Shown here piece by piece: positions 58,649-64,000 of a stretch of 64,000 nt of DNA (position 1 is the stretch's first letter; each line of letters begins with the position of its first letter). The position numbers were made by a program, and so were the translations under genes. Under the pieces are notes generated by a model, which saw nothing but the letters and a program-made list of their open reading frames with translations, was not told the DNA's origin and searched no databases. Origin of the DNA: an uncultured Actinomycetota bacterium (GTDB taxonomy: Bacteria > Actinomycetota > Actinomycetes > JAHEKZ01); the NCBI GenBank assembly GCA_963718235.1, contig CAVQYR010000001.1, positions 1,056,001 to 1,120,000 on the forward strand. Reading direction: 5' to 3'.

Positions 58649-59659
58649 ATGACGCAGGATCCGGTCGACGCGCTGCGACGCATCGCGTGCCTGCTCGAGC
58701 GCGAGCAGGCACAGACCTACCGGGTGAGGGCCTTCCGTACCGCAGCGTCGGTGGTGTCAGCACTGCCGCCGGCGGAGCTCGACGCGCGACTGCGGGCGGG
58801 CACCCTGGCCGACCTCAAGGGAGTCGGGCGGGTCACCGCCGAGGTGGTGGCGCAAGCCGCGTCGGGTGAGGTGCCGACGTACCTTGCCGAGCTCGAGGCC
58901 CACCCAGGACCGGACACGGGTTCGGCGCAGCCACTGCTGGATCAGCTGCGCGGCGATCTCCACGTGCACTCCAACTGGAGTGACGGGGGCAGTCCGATCG
59001 AGGAGATGGCCCGCACGGCCGCCGAGCTGGGGCACGCGTACATCGCGCTCACCGACCACTCGGCCCGGCTCACGGTTGCGAACGGTCTGACCCGCGAACG
59101 TCGTCTGCAGCAGCTCGACGTCGTCGCGTCGTTGAATGCCGAGCTGGCTCCCTTCCGGATCCTGACCGGGATCGAGGTGGACATCCTGGACGACGGCAGC
59201 CTCGACTGCGACGACGACGTCCTCGCTCGCCTCGACGTCGTCGTGGCTTCGGTGCACAGCAAGCTACGCATGCCGTCGACGCAGATGACACCGCGCCTGG
59301 TCGCGGCCGTCGCGAACCCGCACACCGACGTGCTCGGGCACTGCACCGGACGCATGGTGGTCGGCAAGGGGCGTCCGGAGTCGGAGTTCGAGGCCGAGCT
59401 GGTCTTCGAGGCCTGCCGGACGTTCGACGTCGCGGTCGAGGTCAACTCCCGCCCCGAACGACTCGACCCCCCGAGGCGGCTGCTGCGCCAGGCCGTCGAG
59501 CGGGGCTGCCGGTTCAGCATCGACACCGACGCGCACGCTCCCGGCCAGCTGGCGTGGCTGCCGTTCGGTGCCGAGCGAGCGGTTGAGTGCGGCGTGACCG
59601 CCGATTCGGTGGTCAACACCTGGGACGTCGACGACCTGCTCGCGTGGACCGCACGCTGA
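58649..59659 (+). CDS. PHP-domain protein with PolX-type N-terminal helix-hairpin-helix region
   Basis: YRVRAFR, LKGVG, GDLHVHSNWSDG, LTDHS, GIEVDI, SVHS, GHCTGR, DTDAH. Confidence 0.9.
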   Translation: MTQDPVDALRRIACLLEREQAQTYRVRAFRTAASVVSALPPAELDARLRAGTLADLKGVGRVTAEVVAQAASGEVPTYLAELEAHPGPDTGSAQPLLDQLRGDLHVHSNWSDGGSPIEEMARTAAELGHAYIALTDHSARLTVANGLTRERRLQQLDVVASLNAELAPFRILTGIEVDILDDGSLDCDDDVLARLDVVVASVHSKLRMPSTQMTPRLVAAVANPHTDVLGHCTGRMVVGKGRPESEFEAELVFEACRTFDVAVEVNSRPERLDPPRRLLRQAVERGCRFSIDTDAHAPGQLAWLPFGAERAVECGVTADSVVNTWDVDDLLAWTAR

Positions 59660-59707
59660 ACACCGCCGAGCGTGCGTGCTCGCGCGCCGTGCTGCGTGGC
59701 ACTTGCG

Positions 59708-63182
<3,475 letters not shown>

Positions 63183-63285
63183 TGACGCCCTCCCGTCGGA
63201 GAGCCACAGCGTACGGCCATCGTCGCGCCGCTACCGGTCATCTGTAAGGTGCCGGCCCGCGGTGGGCCGACGCGAGGAACCGCCC

Positions 63286-63999
63286 TCAGCGGCGGACGAC
63301 CGCCTCGCAGTCGTGGAAGATGCGGTCAGCAGCATCGGCGTTGGCGTTGTCATGTCCGGTGCCGCACAGGATGAAGTCAGTACCGGCGTCGCCCCACAGC
63401 CGGTCCTCGCCGTCCGATCCGCCGACTCGGTCGTCCCCGTCGCCGCCGTGCATCCGGTCCCGGCCCTGCATGGCGACCAAGTCGTCGTTGCCGGTGCCGC
63501 CCCACACCACGTCGTTGCCGAGCCCTGCTCGGATCCAGTCGGCGCCGTCGTTGCCCCAGACGACGTCACGACCGGAATGGCCGTTGAAGAAGTCCGGCCC
63601 CGCCCCGAAGTGGGCGACGTCGTTGCCCTTGTCGCCCAACACGGTCACAGCGAACGTGGCAGGCAGGGTCGAGGTGTCGGTGAAGTCGTTGCCCAGCCTC
63701 GGCCAGATCTCAAGGAGCAGGGGTCGACGCACACTGATGTCTCCGGGAACCCGGCACACCGCGGCGATCCCTACCTTCACCTTCACCTTCTTGCACGCGG
63801 GCGACAGCCTCTTCCACGACCGGGTACCGGTGTCGACGAGGCGCAGCCCGCGGTCAACCAGGGTGACGACCAGGTGGCTGTTCTGCTGTCCGGTGCGGAA
63901 GCGATACCCGAGGTCGGTCTTGGCGAGCATCCCCTGGTCCTTCAGTGGGATGACCACGAACTGACCCATCAGCTCCGTCGTGTACTGGTACGGCGGGCC
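63286..63999 (-). CDS. Calcium-binding protein with RTX-type nonapeptide repeats; 5'-truncated by the window edge
   Basis: GDKGND, GNDGAD, AGLGND, GGTGND, GGDGDD, GGSDGED repeats; frame open to the window end. Confidence 0.8.
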   Translation of the reverse strand, partial: GPPYQYTTELMGQFVVIPLKDQGMLAKTDLGYRFRTGQQNSHLVVTLVDRGLRLVDTGTRSWKRLSPACKKVKVKVGIAAVCRVPGDISVRRPLLLEIWPRLGNDFTDTSTLPATFAVTVLGDKGNDVAHFGAGPDFFNGHSGRDVVWGNDGADWIRAGLGNDVVWGGTGNDDLVAMQGRDRMHGGDGDDRVGGSDGEDRLWGDAGTDFILCGTGHDNANADAADRIFHDCEAVVRR

Positions 64000-64000
64000 G

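Noticed and set aside
58983-58990. ACGGGGGC as the distal target duplication
   Set aside because: It lies inside the conserved SDGG codons of the intact PHP gene with no element end beside it.

Overview
High-GC actinobacterial DNA (Nocardioides-like gene content) in three parts. (1) 1-20.6 kb: tRNA-Lys(CTT), tRNA-His/orn and tRNA-Arg(TCT), interspersed with a hypoxia-type gene set (group 3b NiFe hydrogenase operon, beta-CASP nuclease, Acg, USP, ADH, P-type ATPase) with DosR-like boxes. (2) About 20.7-56 kb: an accessory island attached to the 5' end of tRNA-Arg(TCT), not the usual 3' end, with no integrase. It is built from at least three tandem copies of an unclassified DDE-transposase element. 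Each copy has short inverted ends (GGACGTGCG), and the junctions carry duplicated copies of the first bases of the tRNA (TACGGGGGC). The copies have lost most of the transposase and carry cargo: a stress operon, an N-methyl-compound catabolic cluster, and further catabolic genes. The distal island holds an orphan NrfC/NrfD-type module, a two-component system and a lipoprotein, linked by a duplicated ~140-nt leader with a 7-2-7 palindrome. (3) 56-64 kb: FMO, phosphotransferase, PHP protein, adenylate cyclase-AAA-TPR protein and an RTX-repeat protein. Several genes have single-base frameshifts that may be long-read errors. All family calls come from motif recognition by eye; no database searches were run.
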